This document shows, in pieces, positions 19,856 through 29,603 of a stretch of DNA of 64,000 nt. Positions within the stretch are counted from its first letter, which is position 1; every line of letters starts with the position of its first letter. The position numbers were made by a program, and so were the translations under genes. The DNA comes from Chlamydiota bacterium (lineage in GTDB: Bacteria; Chlamydiota; Chlamydiia; Chlamydiales; JAAKFR01). Location of the stretch: assembly GCA_021772455.1 (NCBI GenBank), contig JAJFLY010000006.1, forward strand, positions 112,377 through 176,376. The letters run 5' to 3'. Under the pieces are notes generated by a model, which saw nothing but the letters and a program-made list of their open reading frames with translations, made no database searches and was not told the origin of the DNA.

Positions 19856-19866
19856 GCTCTTAAGCC

Positions 19867-21954
19867 TCATAATATTTTTGGCCGAGCGCCGGTATTGTAA
19901 AATTTCTGAAGCTTACTTGCAAGAGAAGAGGAGATTTCGAAGTGGTGGGGGCAAGGAGGGAGGCTTTTTAAAAATTGTTTTCCATACCCCTTCTTCACAA
20001 GCCGCGAATCGAGACAGACAACGCACCCGCGGTCTTCTTTATTGCGAATGAGGCGCCCAAACCCTTGTTTAAACTTCACAATGGCGTGGGGCAAGGAGTA
20101 ATCAAAAAATGGGGAGCCTCCTTTCTCTGCAATCGCTTCTGATCTGGCCTGAAAGAGGGGATCGCTTGGAACTTTAAAGGGGAGTTTAACAAGAATCACA
20201 CAACGGAGAGCCTCTCCAACCACATCGACCCCTTCCCAAAATGAATCGGTCCCGAACAAGACAGCTCGCTTTGTTTTGCGAAAGTTTTCTAAAAGCGCTG
20301 TCCGTCCATCATCTCCCTGGCAAAAAAGGGTATAGCGCTTTTCAAGCAGCTTATCAGCTAAAATTTGTTCACAGTTGCGCAACATCTGATAAGAGGTAAA
20401 AAGAACAAAAGCCCCCCCACGACTGGCTTCAATCATCTCAAATATACTACTTGCAGCTCTCGAGGTAAATTGAGGGTGACTCGGATCGGGGAGATCGATT
20501 GGGACAGAGAGCATCGCCTGGCAGGAATAGTCGAAGGGACTGTCATAAATTTTCTCAACCGCCCTTCCAATCCCTAGCCGGGAACGAATGAAGGCAAAAG
20601 AAGTGTTGGTGGAAAGGGTTGCGCTACATAAAACCGCTGTGGGTAGCCTGTCAAAAAGAGCCTCTGAAAGACGAGGCGCAATCTCCAGGTCTGCCGTGAT
20701 TAAATGCCCCTCCCCTTCTATCCACCGAACGCGCGTCGGCTCGATTGGCGAAAAAACAAAGTTGGAAAGGACTTCAAGAAAACCTTCTAACCGGTTGCAA
20801 ATCCCTCCAATATCCGCCAAAAGCCCTTCACACTTGCCTGGTAAAATGGGATCTCTTTTAACATGCACTTCAACAAGCAAAGCCGCCTGCAAAAATCCTT
20901 TTCCCGACTCGATCAGCTCTTGGACAGCGGGTTGCACCATCTCCACCCAAAAAGGGTGGTTGAGGTGCCCCTCTCGGAATCGAAGTTTCTCTTCTTTTTG
21001 TTGATCGCGTGCAAATTGGTTGATCAGTTCAAATGTGCTATGAATCTGGTCAACAAGTGCCCGCTTACTTGTAGGAAGGGTTAACTCTAAGAGATCCAGG
21101 AGTTCATGCTCTCCCCCTGTATCGGGATAGACCTCAAAAAGTTTTTTATGCAGCGCCATGAGCTTACCAGTACTCCGATCAGATAGGAGACGTCCCAAGA
21201 AATGGATCAGCCCCCTTCGACTCACTTTGTCTGCAAAATATTCGGTCGCGACATCTTCGATGTGGTGCGCTTCATCTAAAATTAGACGGTGGTAGGGAGG
21301 GAGGACACACGTCTCGCCATAATTCCCATTTTGCTGACGCAAAGAGAGATCAGCAAAGAGAAGGTGGTGGTTGGCAATGATCAGATGGGCGTCAGCAGCC
21401 TCTCTACGAGCTTTGAAAAAGAAACACTCTTTATAATGGGGACATTTGGCGTGCGTACACCCTTCAGCTTCAGCTCCGATTTGTTCCCAAAGATCGTGTG
21501 ACGGAAGAACTGGTAGCTCGGAGCGCGACCCCTCTTTGGCAGATCTCGACCAGTTGAGCAAGCTTTCAGGAACCTCATTAGCACCGTCGTGGAGCTTGCG
21601 CAAACAAACATAATTGTGCATCCCTTTAACAAGCACAGCCTTAAGTTCCAGGCCAAGGGTCTCTAATAAAAAAGGAATATCTTTTTGAAGAAGTTGTTCT
21701 TGCAGCGCAATCGTATTGGTTGCCACAACAGTCGGCTCTCCCTTGTCGAGAGCCCAAAAAAGAGCCGGAATTAGATAAGCGAGACTCTTTCCCGTTCCGG
21801 TCCCCGCTTCGATGAGAGCCGTCTCTTCGTTTTCGTAAGCCGAAAGGACGTCGCGAAGCATAGCCGCTTGCCCCTCCCGCACCTCAAACCCCGGAAGCTT
21901 CTCACTAAACACTCCATCAGAATCGAGAAGCGAGAGGAGCGTTTCTCTATTCAC
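19867..21954 (-). CDS. dinG: ATP-dependent helicase DinG (XPD/Rad3-like, Fe-S)
   Basis: 695 aa with Walker [14 protein letters not shown] box LILDEAHH and a Cys cluster [12 protein letters not shown]. The GTG start overlaps the rpoD stop. Confidence 0.85.
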   Translation of the reverse strand: MNRETLLSLLDSDGVFSEKLPGFEVREGQAAMLRDVLSAYENEETALIEAGTGTGKSLAYLIPALFWALDKGEPTVVATNTIALQEQLLQKDIPFLLETLGLELKAVLVKGMHNYVCLRKLHDGANEVPESLLNWSRSAKEGSRSELPVLPSHDLWEQIGAEAEGCTHAKCPHYKECFFFKARREAADAHLIIANHHLLFADLSLRQQNGNYGETCVLPPYHRLILDEAHHIEDVATEYFADKVSRRGLIHFLGRLLSDRSTGKLMALHKKLFEVYPDTGGEHELLDLLELTLPTSKRALVDQIHSTFELINQFARDQQKEEKLRFREGHLNHPFWVEMVQPAVQELIESGKGFLQAALLVEVHVKRDPILPGKCEGLLADIGGICNRLEGFLEVLSNFVFSPIEPTRVRWIEGEGHLITADLEIAPRLSEALFDRLPTAVLCSATLSTNTSFAFIRSRLGIGRAVEKIYDSPFDYSCQAMLSVPIDLPDPSHPQFTSRAASSIFEMIEASRGGAFVLFTSYQMLRNCEQILADKLLEKRYTLFCQGDDGRTALLENFRKTKRAVLFGTDSFWEGVDVVGEALRCVILVKLPFKVPSDPLFQARSEAIAEKGGSPFFDYSLPHAIVKFKQGFGRLIRNKEDRGCVVCLDSRLVKKGYGKQFLKSLPPCPHHFEISSSLASKLQKFYNTGARPKIL

Positions 21955-23611
21955 TTTCTAACAAGTCGAGAAAGGCTTTCAGCTGCTTAGAGCGAATTGG
22001 ATGGCGCATTTTGCGCAAAGCCTTCGCTTCGATTTGACGGATACGCTCACGCGTCACGTTAAAAGCAACACCCACCTCTTCAAGGGTTTTGGGCTTTCCA
22101 TCCATCAGTCCAAAGCGCTGAATTAAGACGATACGCTCCCGCTCGGTCAAGGTTGTTAAAACCTCGTTCATCTTGTCCTTAAGAATGGAATATCCGGTCG
22201 CCTCAGCAGGAGACTCGACACCCGTATCTTCGAGGAAATCCCCAAACTGACTCTCTCCCCCCTCACCAACTTCAGCTTGCAACGAGATCGGATGCTGAGC
22301 GATTTTATAAATTTCACGCACACGCTCAGGTGTCAGTCCCAATTCCGTCGCCAGTTCTTCTGGAGTTGGCTCGCGCCCTGTCTCCATCATCAACTTCTTA
22401 GCACCCCGTAGCACTTTATTGATCGTTTCGATCATATGTACAGGGATACGGATTGTTCTAGCCTGGTCGGCGATCGCGCGCGTTACCGCTTGGCGAATCC
22501 ACCATGTGGCGTATGTCGAAAATTTATATCCACGACGATACTCAAACTTTTCAACCGCTTTCATCAAGCCCATATTCCCTTCCTGAATAAGATCTAGAAA
22601 GGATAGGCCACGGTTTGTATATTTCTTCGCAATTGAGATGACCAAACGTAAGTTCGATTCTACCATCTCTCGCTTGGCTTCCTGGCTTTTATCCATCCAG
22701 CGCTGCAACATCCGCACGTCTTTTTTAAACTCATCAAGGGTGCGTCCACCGGCAACTTCCCTCTTTTCGAGCTTCCGCCGTACAGCTGCCAGTTTGCCAG
22801 CGGCAAATTTATTCCGTTCTGCCCGGTTCTTCAGCTCATTGATCTCTTTTTCAAGCTTCAAAAAGCGGTCATATGCCTTAAAAACAACCTCACCAAGATC
22901 TTCGATCACATTGTGGCGGCAGTGGAAATGATGGAGATAAGCCTGTGTGCGAATCCGGCACTTTTCGATCTCTTCATTGATCTTAGCCTCTTCGGCTTTT
23001 TTCAAGCCCTGAGCGCGCAATGCGACCAGAAGCGATTGGATGGTTTGATCTTCTTGGCAAAGTAGATCGGTGAGCTTTGGAAGGAGCTTGAGATAGGCGG
23101 TTTTATCCGCGACTTCCTTCTCTGCAATGATTTTATCAAAACGATCCTTACCGGCGATCAATGAGTGGGCAATAGAAATCGCTTCTTTCGCTGAATAGCG
23201 AAAGCGCATGATAATCCGCTCGACCTGAATTTGAGCCTTCTCAATACGCTTGGAAATTTCAACCTCTTCCTCACGCGTTAGAAGTGGGACCGACCCCATC
23301 TCTTTGAGATACATGCGAACAGGATCATCAGGAGTCCCCTCGGCTCTGCGAGCGATCCCTTCAAGTTCTTTAGCCTCTTTTTTACGCTCTTTCTGCCTAT
23401 CAACTTCAGCCTGGTTGAGAATCTGGATATCCATCCCAGCCAGGTAGATCAAAACCTGATCAATTGTCTCGGGCGTATCGAAAGTCATCGGAAGAATTTC
23501 ATTGATCTCTTCATAGGTGATGAACCCTTGCTCTTTAGCAAGCGTAACAAGCTCATCCATCTTGCCTTGAAATTCTTCGCTCTCGCCTTCAGTTGTTTTT
23601 GCTTTTGCCAT
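21947..23611 (-). CDS. rpoD: Primary RNA polymerase sigma factor (sigma-70/66)
   Basis: 554 aa with regions 2-4 conserved ([16 protein letters not shown] [12 protein letters not shown]; region 4 [18 protein letters not shown]). Confidence 0.95.
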   Translation of the reverse strand: MAKAKTTEGESEEFQGKMDELVTLAKEQGFITYEEINEILPMTFDTPETIDQVLIYLAGMDIQILNQAEVDRQKERKKEAKELEGIARRAEGTPDDPVRMYLKEMGSVPLLTREEEVEISKRIEKAQIQVERIIMRFRYSAKEAISIAHSLIAGKDRFDKIIAEKEVADKTAYLKLLPKLTDLLCQEDQTIQSLLVALRAQGLKKAEEAKINEEIEKCRIRTQAYLHHFHCRHNVIEDLGEVVFKAYDRFLKLEKEINELKNRAERNKFAAGKLAAVRRKLEKREVAGGRTLDEFKKDVRMLQRWMDKSQEAKREMVESNLRLVISIAKKYTNRGLSFLDLIQEGNMGLMKAVEKFEYRRGYKFSTYATWWIRQAVTRAIADQARTIRIPVHMIETINKVLRGAKKLMMETGREPTPEELATELGLTPERVREIYKIAQHPISLQAEVGEGGESQFGDFLEDTGVESPAEATGYSILKDKMNEVLTTLTERERIVLIQRFGLMDGKPKTLEEVGVAFNVTRERIRQIEAKALRKMRHPIRSKQLKAFLDLLESE

Positions 23612-23675
23612 CTATTTTTTTAATTAAACTTTTTTTCAAGGTGCGTTAGTATAATTCATTTCTCTTTGTTATGCC

Positions 23676-24251
23676 ATGCAAAATTCGCATCGAATCATTC
23701 AGCTCGCTTTAAAAAATGCTCTCGCCCCTAAAGAGGTGTGGTTGGAGAGAAGTTTTCCCCAAATTAGCCGCATCGCCGATGTCGTGCTCCCCTCCCAAAA
23801 AATCATTTTTGAAATACAGTGTTCGCCAATCTCTGCCCAAGAAGTGCGCGCACGCATTTCCGATTACAAATCTGCCGGCTACACTGTGATCTGGATCTTG
23901 CATGACCTCCACTTTAATCGCGTCACTCTCACTCCTGCTGAACGTCTCTTGCGCTCACACACACATTACTTTACAAATATGAACCCATTTGGATACGGGG
24001 AGATTTACGATCAATACGCCCCAATCCTTCGAGGACGTAGAACCAAAAGAACTCCGCGCTATCCCATTACCCTTAACCATTTCATCTCTCTGAAGCAAAT
24101 CCCACGCCACTTCCCTAAAGAGCGTCGTAGTTGGCGATACAGTTTTAAGGGAGATCTCTTTCATCAGCCATTTCAATTTGAAAAACAGTCACCATTTCGG
24201 TTTTATCATATTCTTTTTCAATCTCTTATTGAAAAAATATCTTCAAGATAA
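23676..24251 (+). CDS. CoiA-like competence-family protein (short form)
   Basis: 191 aa. RIADVVLPSQKIIFEIQCSPISAQEVRARISDYKSAGYTVIWIL matches the CoiA core pattern as I remember it. Confidence 0.5.
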   Translation: MQNSHRIIQLALKNALAPKEVWLERSFPQISRIADVVLPSQKIIFEIQCSPISAQEVRARISDYKSAGYTVIWILHDLHFNRVTLTPAERLLRSHTHYFTNMNPFGYGEIYDQYAPILRGRRTKRTPRYPITLNHFISLKQIPRHFPKERRSWRYSFKGDLFHQPFQFEKQSPFRFYHILFQSLIEKISSR

Positions 24252-25436
24252 AATGCCGATGACATGATTGGTGAACGGCCCTTTTGAAACCCGTCCCATT
24301 GTGCAAGCAAATTCCTTTTTTTCACCTGATTTTCCCTGAATCGCAATCTGAGTTTGAGACCCTTGCGTTGATCCAATGCTTTTTATAGCGCCTCTCCACT
24401 CCTCATAACCCGATACAACAAGACGGGGAAACTCCTTCATAAACTTTTCAGGACTCCACCCAAGCAACACCTTAACTTGCTGATTTACAAATATAAACCT
24501 TCTCTCAGTGATCGATAGAATATAGACAATCCCATCTGTCTCATCCCGAAAACTATCGATTAAACGGCGTCGATCAACCTCATAGCTATCCGAGGGATCG
24601 AGGAAACGGGGCGACGTTCCCCCTAAATGCTCCATCCCCATCTGATTTTCAGCTTTTTCAATAAAGCGCTGCATTTGAAGAGAAAGATCAAAGGGAGTCG
24701 CTGAAGATTCTGGGGGAGGAATCTGTGCAACAGACTGAACAGGAGGGCTCTTTTCTAGCTGAAGCAAACTGCGAATTTCATACATCAAATCGCGCACTTT
24801 TCCTTCAAGCTTTGCAATGTAGTGTTGTTTTTTTTCGAGAATATTCCTCTGCTCTGCGATTGTTCGCTGATATTCGCCATTGAGAGATTCTTTGTGTTCA
24901 AGCGCCTTTCGGTGCTCCTTGTGGGCGTGCGTATGATCTTCCTCAAGACGGTGGTACTCTTTTCGCAAATCCTCAAACTCGAGATAGGCTACCCGCATCT
25001 CTTCAAGCTTTCTATCCATTTCCAAATTGAGCTGGCCGACCGCTTCCTTACTTTTTGCGACAGAAGATTGTAGCAGATCGATCTGATGTTCATACCCTCT
25101 GCGCGACTCTGCCATCTCGACCCGCATCTGATTCACCTGATCCGCTGCCGAGGGCATTTGCATTTGTGCAAGACGCATTTGGACGATTTTTGAAACCGAA
25201 CGCTGCATTTTCATCTCCCAAATCCGCAGCAAAAACCACCCGCCAAAACCCGATAAAAGTAGAGAGATGAGGGCGACGAAGAAAACGCCACGCATTTCGG
25301 CGGCATAACAAGAGACCGCAACAACAGGAAGGGCCAAACATCCAAGCAGAAATTGGTAAAAGAGGTTGCGCGACAACGTCAAAGACGGCTTGCCGGCCTT
25401 TCTCTTCCAATTCTGACGCTTAGCTTTGCTTTCCAT
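24243..25436 (-). CDS. Membrane protein with an N-terminal TM hairpin (Inc-like bilobed domain), a long coiled coil and a C-terminal PAS-like domain
   Basis: 397 aa. Lobes at aa 25-46 and 51-70 are separated by EMRG. A heptad-rich middle is followed by GIVYILS..RFIFVNQQVKVLLGWSPEKF...GKSGEKKEF, a PAS-like pattern. Confidence 0.6.
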   Translation of the reverse strand: MESKAKRQNWKRKAGKPSLTLSRNLFYQFLLGCLALPVVAVSCYAAEMRGVFFVALISLLLSGFGGWFLLRIWEMKMQRSVSKIVQMRLAQMQMPSAADQVNQMRVEMAESRRGYEHQIDLLQSSVAKSKEAVGQLNLEMDRKLEEMRVAYLEFEDLRKEYHRLEEDHTHAHKEHRKALEHKESLNGEYQRTIAEQRNILEKKQHYIAKLEGKVRDLMYEIRSLLQLEKSPPVQSVAQIPPPESSATPFDLSLQMQRFIEKAENQMGMEHLGGTSPRFLDPSDSYEVDRRRLIDSFRDETDGIVYILSITERRFIFVNQQVKVLLGWSPEKFMKEFPRLVVSGYEEWRGAIKSIGSTQGSQTQIAIQGKSGEKKEFACTMGRVSKGPFTNHVIGILS

Positions 25437-25463
25437 ACCCTGTGTTCTCTATAACACATTCAA

Positions 25464-26312
25464 TTATAGAATCGAAATCAGAATTTTCAGCTGGCTCACA
25501 GTTAAGCGCGGTTTTCGAGGATCTTTGGCCGAAAGAGGTTCCATACAGACAAATGATGCCCTTTCAGGATGCCACATTTGAATCGAATTTTCCTCGTTGT
25601 CACACCAATATTGAACCTGGATTCCATGTGACGCTGTTTCTAGCTCCATCTCCCCGTGAAAAGGATCGGGATAGGGCTGAAAACCGTAGTCACTAGGCTC
25701 AGATAAAGGAAAAGTAAGCGTATGATCCTCACCATAGTTCCACGTGGAAGGAATCAGTTTCAACGTCCCTTGGTCATTATAGTGATTGCGTACTCGCGCA
25801 CGCACGCACCCCTTCCCACCGGAAAGTGCATAATACGTATGCAGACCAACAACCGATTCGGTCTCGCTGCTCACCGAAAGTTGGATTTCCAACCCCTCGG
25901 GAGTGACCGCCGCCTCATATTGCATCGTAAAATCTTGGCCCTCAAGATCTTTAAGAAATACATTGTGCCACTTATCCTCCCCTCTCAAAACAGCTTTAAT
26001 CCGATTTTCAGATTGATTTTCCACCGTCCAGGGAGCATACCGACCGATGCCGTGGGAAAATGGTTCATCCCCTTTCACGTTTGCAAGATGAGGGAAGTGT
26101 TCAGGATATTCAATCCGTGGAATGATTTTTCGATGGTGAAAGTGGGGACCGATTAGGGGGCCAAGTCCTGCATAGCGTTCTTCAAAAAGAGATTTTGTCG
26201 ATTGGTCGAGCGCTTCAACCGCCCCTTTTTTCAGGCTGACGAAGTTCATTCCCTTCTCAGGCATAAAAATCGCCGCATAATCACCAGCTTCTATCCTAAC
26301 GCCGTTGCTCAT
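25464..26312 (-). CDS. Aldose 1-epimerase (mutarotase) superfamily protein
   Basis: 282 aa with GPHFHH, HGIGRYAPW and GLHTYY, spaced as in the mutarotase fold. Confidence 0.55.
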   Translation of the reverse strand: MSNGVRIEAGDYAAIFMPEKGMNFVSLKKGAVEALDQSTKSLFEERYAGLGPLIGPHFHHRKIIPRIEYPEHFPHLANVKGDEPFSHGIGRYAPWTVENQSENRIKAVLRGEDKWHNVFLKDLEGQDFTMQYEAAVTPEGLEIQLSVSSETESVVGLHTYYALSGGKGCVRARVRNHYNDQGTLKLIPSTWNYGEDHTLTFPLSEPSDYGFQPYPDPFHGEMELETASHGIQVQYWCDNEENSIQMWHPERASFVCMEPLSAKDPRKPRLTVSQLKILISIL

Positions 26313-26784
26313 TTTTCACCCCCACATAGAGTCCTAAACAGATAAAATAGATCACAAGCCCCAGAATTACGACAGCCGAAATGGTCCCCTTGTAAGGAAA
26401 TTTCTTCTCCAAAACCGCTTTTTGAGGTTTTTTGGGGTTGATCCACACATTCCATTTCTGCTCTTTATATTTTTCTAGCACCCGATTTGCAGCCCACGGA
26501 TTGGGGTATAGATCGTCGACTTGTCCCTTCGCTCGATAGTTTTTTCCATCAAACTCATAAGAATAAAAGGCGGTAAGAGCGTATTTATTTGCATCTCGCT
26601 GATCCACCTCCCATTTTTCGATGGTCGCTGGAACCTGCAAGCTGAATTGGTAGTAGTGGATAAGGGCGTACCCCCCTCTCACGACAAACCACGTCCCAAA
26701 GCCCATCACAATGAGTAGAAATGCGATCCAAATTGCGTTTTTATGCATAAAGGAAAGTGTAACAAAAGATTTTGATAAGAACAA
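26296..26784 (-). CDS. DUF3592-like small membrane protein
   Basis: 162 aa with N- and C-terminal TM helices flanking a beta-rich segment (ALTAFYSYEFDGKNYRAKGQ). The start could instead be the Met 12 codons downstream. Confidence 0.45.
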   Translation of the reverse strand: MFLSKSFVTLSFMHKNAIWIAFLLIVMGFGTWFVVRGGYALIHYYQFSLQVPATIEKWEVDQRDANKYALTAFYSYEFDGKNYRAKGQVDDLYPNPWAANRVLEKYKEQKWNVWINPKKPQKAVLEKKFPYKGTISAVVILGLVIYFICLGLYVGVKNEQRR

Positions 26785-26790
26785 ACCTCA

Positions 26791-26819
26791 TTGACCAATA
26801 TCTAACAATTGCATATGAT
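26791..26819 (+). promoter_or_regulatory. Sigma-70/66-type promoter for rpsT: TTGACC, 17 nt, TATGAT
   Basis: The hexamers lie at 26791-26796 and 26814-26819, about 33 nt upstream of the rpsT ATG. Confidence 0.45.
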
Positions 26820-26851
26820 TGCGACCCGAATTAAAGACAAACAGGTCACTC

Positions 26852-27139
26852 ATGGCAAAAGAAGAAAAGAAAAAAACCAAACGCCCAACAGCTCAGAAGC
26901 GGGATATCCGCAACAGCCGGCGGCGCCAGATCAACAAAGCCTTTAAATCTTCAGCGCGCACGACAACACGCACCTTCGAAGAAGCTTTAAAAGCGGGCGA
27001 CAAAGAGCAAATTCAAACTTCCCTTAACGCGCTTTATAGCATGATGGATAAAGGGGTTAAGCGAGGCATTTACAAGCGTAATAAAGCAGCCCGTGTAAAG
27101 GCGCGTTCTACGCAAAAAGTGCTAGCTCAAGCTAAGTAA
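26852..27139 (+). CDS. rpsT: 30S ribosomal protein S20
   Basis: Basic, about 95 aa, MAKEEKKKTKRPTAQKRDIRNSRRRQINKA. The start is moved to ATG 26852. Confidence 0.9.
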   Translation: MAKEEKKKTKRPTAQKRDIRNSRRRQINKAFKSSARTTTRTFEEALKAGDKEQIQTSLNALYSMMDKGVKRGIYKRNKAARVKARSTQKVLAQAK

Positions 27140-27229
27140 AATTTTAATTTTACAATTTCTTTATATTTTCTTTATTTCAAAGGTCTCTTGGGATATAATC
27201 CTTATATTATTTACTGCTAGAGGTATGTT

Positions 27230-27958
27230 ATGGCAAATTCTATGTTAGCGGATTATTTTGAGAGTAGCCCAAGCAAGTTTTGGGATTCAGTTCGAGGAGG
27301 GGCGGAATATACCGACTACGCTTTTGGACTGGGTCAAAATGGAGCGGCGCTTGGCAGAAATCTTTCTCTTTGGCGAGGGGATGCGGTTACAGCAGCAAAG
27401 TTTGGCGCCATTTCCGACAGTTTTGGAGCTGCGGGTGGAACTCTGGGAGCGATACGTATCGTTCCTCAAGTAGAGCAACTTGTTACTGGAAAAATGTTCT
27501 GGAAGCTAGAAGATGGAACCTGGAAAGTAAACGATCCAATTAGCATCGCTATAGGAGTTCTGGTTCTAGCTGGACGTGTACTCTCCTCTGTTAACTGGCT
27601 ACATGGACGTGGGACCTACGATCTTGGAAAGTATTCAAAAGTGCTTAGCGATACATCCCTTAGAATTTGGGGAGTTGTGACCACATTAGATACTGTCCAA
27701 AATATCCGAGAGGGTTTGGCTGACTCAATGCAGCTCGATGCAAATGGAAATGAGGTCGTAGACAAAGATAAATTTGGATACGACGTAAGAAGGCAAAAAC
27801 GCTTTGCCAACATTTTCTGTAACTGCTTAGACACGATTGCCCTGCCATTCGATTTTGGCTATTTTATGAGCACACCTGCTTTAGGGGTTTTGGGTTCATC
27901 GGTCGGCACTATCGCAAAAAGTGCCTTCTTTGCCAAAGAGATCTGGTATTACGCATAA
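27230..27958 (+). CDS. Hypothetical protein (ORFan, Gly/Ala-rich, two hydrophobic segments)
   Basis: 242-aa ORF following an A+T-rich spacer with a TATAAT at 27194-27199. I recognise no motif. Confidence 0.5.
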   Translation: MANSMLADYFESSPSKFWDSVRGGAEYTDYAFGLGQNGAALGRNLSLWRGDAVTAAKFGAISDSFGAAGGTLGAIRIVPQVEQLVTGKMFWKLEDGTWKVNDPISIAIGVLVLAGRVLSSVNWLHGRGTYDLGKYSKVLSDTSLRIWGVVTTLDTVQNIREGLADSMQLDANGNEVVDKDKFGYDVRRQKRFANIFCNCLDTIALPFDFGYFMSTPALGVLGSSVGTIAKSAFFAKEIWYYA

Positions 27959-29226
27959 AGCACGCCAGACAGTCGGTGGTCTTGCCGATTAAGAATTTGG
28001 GTCACAATTTCCTCTTTAGAGTGGATTGTGACCCGTTTTTTTGCCCGCGTAATGGCCGTATAGAGCATCTCCCTCCCAAACGCTTCCGACCCTTCTGGAA
28101 GCAAGACCACAACCTCATCGTATTCACTCCCCTGACTCTTATGCACGGAGATTACATACGCATATTCATACCGCGGCAGGAGATAAGCTGGAACTTTCTT
28201 CTCCCCAAAATAAGCAAATTCTCCTTCAAGCTCGCCAACATCCCCATTATACAAATCGATGGCCCGGTCGTTCACACAAATCATGATCGGAAACCTTGTT
28301 CCACCACGTTTCTGGTCCTCTTTCAACAATTTACTATTGAGATAGCGTACGACATGGCGCAATGGGGTCAAAATACACGCTTTTCGCTCAAAAACAGCCT
28401 CAGCAATCGCCCTAAAATCAGGCAGAGGTTCGATTGGAACCGCTTTTCCAGCTTTTACCGCCTGCGCCATCTCAACAATTTCAGAAAGCTCAGCACGCAA
28501 ACACCGTCCAAGCTCTGTAACAAGCTCTCTATCCTCGGCTAAATCGGCAAAAAAATGGCCCGTCTCAACAGGAGGGAGCTGGTCTCTGTCCCCGATGAGA
28601 ATGAGGCGCGCCCCTTCTTTAATTGAAGCGAACAGAGTTGCCATCAGCTCGGCATCGATCATCGAGCTCTCATCGACAAGGACCAAATCGGCTTCCAAAT
28701 GTCCGCGTTTTAACAAAGAGTGGAGAGTGGTGACGGGACAAAGCCCGTCAAGAGCGCGGCGTAGGTTTGCTGCAGCTTTCCCTGTCGGTGCCGCCACGAC
28801 TGGATTGAGATAAGGGAGGACATTTCGAATAAGATTAGCTGCGGTAAACGTTTTGCCCGTTCCAGGACCGCCGCAAATCAACGATAGGGAACGTTTTGCC
28901 CCATTGTGAATGGCCAGCTTTTGCTCCGATTCTAAAGAGGGGTCGAGAGTAAATTCTGGTAGGGAAATCGCTGGGGTTTGCCCTTTCAGTCTGTGGTAGT
29001 GGTGGATAAAGCGCTGCTCACACTCCCAATTGCGCCTTAAATAGATGCGCCCTCTCTCTTCTACAAGAGCTTTGTCAAAAAGATGTTTTGGAAGGGATGG
29101 ACCTGCTTCAACGCAAAGATGTCCCTCACGCGCGGATCTTAGGAGGTCGGCAAGAAACTGTGTAACAGGCTCCTCACCATCAGGTGCGAGCTTTTTCGCA
29201 AAATAAAAATCGACTGGGCTGTTCAC
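27949..29226 (-). CDS. recD: Exodeoxyribonuclease V alpha subunit (short RecD)
   Basis: 425 aa with Walker A GGPGTGKT, Walker B VLVDESSM and the C-terminal SVHKSQGSEYD...TAITRAK SF1 motifs. Confidence 0.85.
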   Translation of the reverse strand: MNSPVDFYFAKKLAPDGEEPVTQFLADLLRSAREGHLCVEAGPSLPKHLFDKALVEERGRIYLRRNWECEQRFIHHYHRLKGQTPAISLPEFTLDPSLESEQKLAIHNGAKRSLSLICGGPGTGKTFTAANLIRNVLPYLNPVVAAPTGKAAANLRRALDGLCPVTTLHSLLKRGHLEADLVLVDESSMIDAELMATLFASIKEGARLILIGDRDQLPPVETGHFFADLAEDRELVTELGRCLRAELSEIVEMAQAVKAGKAVPIEPLPDFRAIAEAVFERKACILTPLRHVVRYLNSKLLKEDQKRGGTRFPIMICVNDRAIDLYNGDVGELEGEFAYFGEKKVPAYLLPRYEYAYVISVHKSQGSEYDEVVVLLPEGSEAFGREMLYTAITRAKKRVTIHSKEEIVTQILNRQDHRLSGVLYA

Positions 29227-29241
29227 ATTGAAAGGTTAGCA

Positions 29242-29601
29242 TTAAGGTGAAAGTACTGCAACTAACAACCCAAAGGATCCATGCAAAAGTGTGCGCGCTT
29301 CTGTCATTCCTGATGAGACCAAGTCTCTAATATTTTGAATCACCGAATAGATAATCTCACATATAAGCGTGCCAATCTCAACGAGAAATTCTCCCAGTGC
29401 AACAGTAAGCTTCACCGCTTCATTCCAAATCGATCCAAGTGGCTCACCGAGATTTCTCAACAGGGATTGGAAAAAATTCTTTAACCCCATAAACATCCAT
29501 TTCGAAAGTTGGGCAACTGCACAAACCGTTCCTACAACCCCATTAACTACATGTATTAAACACCTTTGAGCGGGTGACATCTCTTCTGAAATTCTTGTCA
29601 T
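29242..29601 (-). CDS. Hypothetical small hydrophobic protein
   Basis: 119-aa ORF lying 2 nt after the upstream ORF and 15 nt before recD, on the same strand. Confidence 0.5.
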   Translation of the reverse strand: MTRISEEMSPAQRCLIHVVNGVVGTVCAVAQLSKWMFMGLKNFFQSLLRNLGEPLGSIWNEAVKLTVALGEFLVEIGTLICEIIYSVIQNIRDLVSSGMTEARTLLHGSFGLLVAVLSP

Positions 29602-29603
29602 AG

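Noticed and set aside
19850-19865. Palindrome GCTTAAG-CT-CTTAAGC between the convergent symporter and dinG genes, considered as a bidirectional terminator
   Set aside because: The loop would be only 2 nt, the stem is A/T-rich, and there is no flanking U-tract. It largely consists of the stop-codon context.
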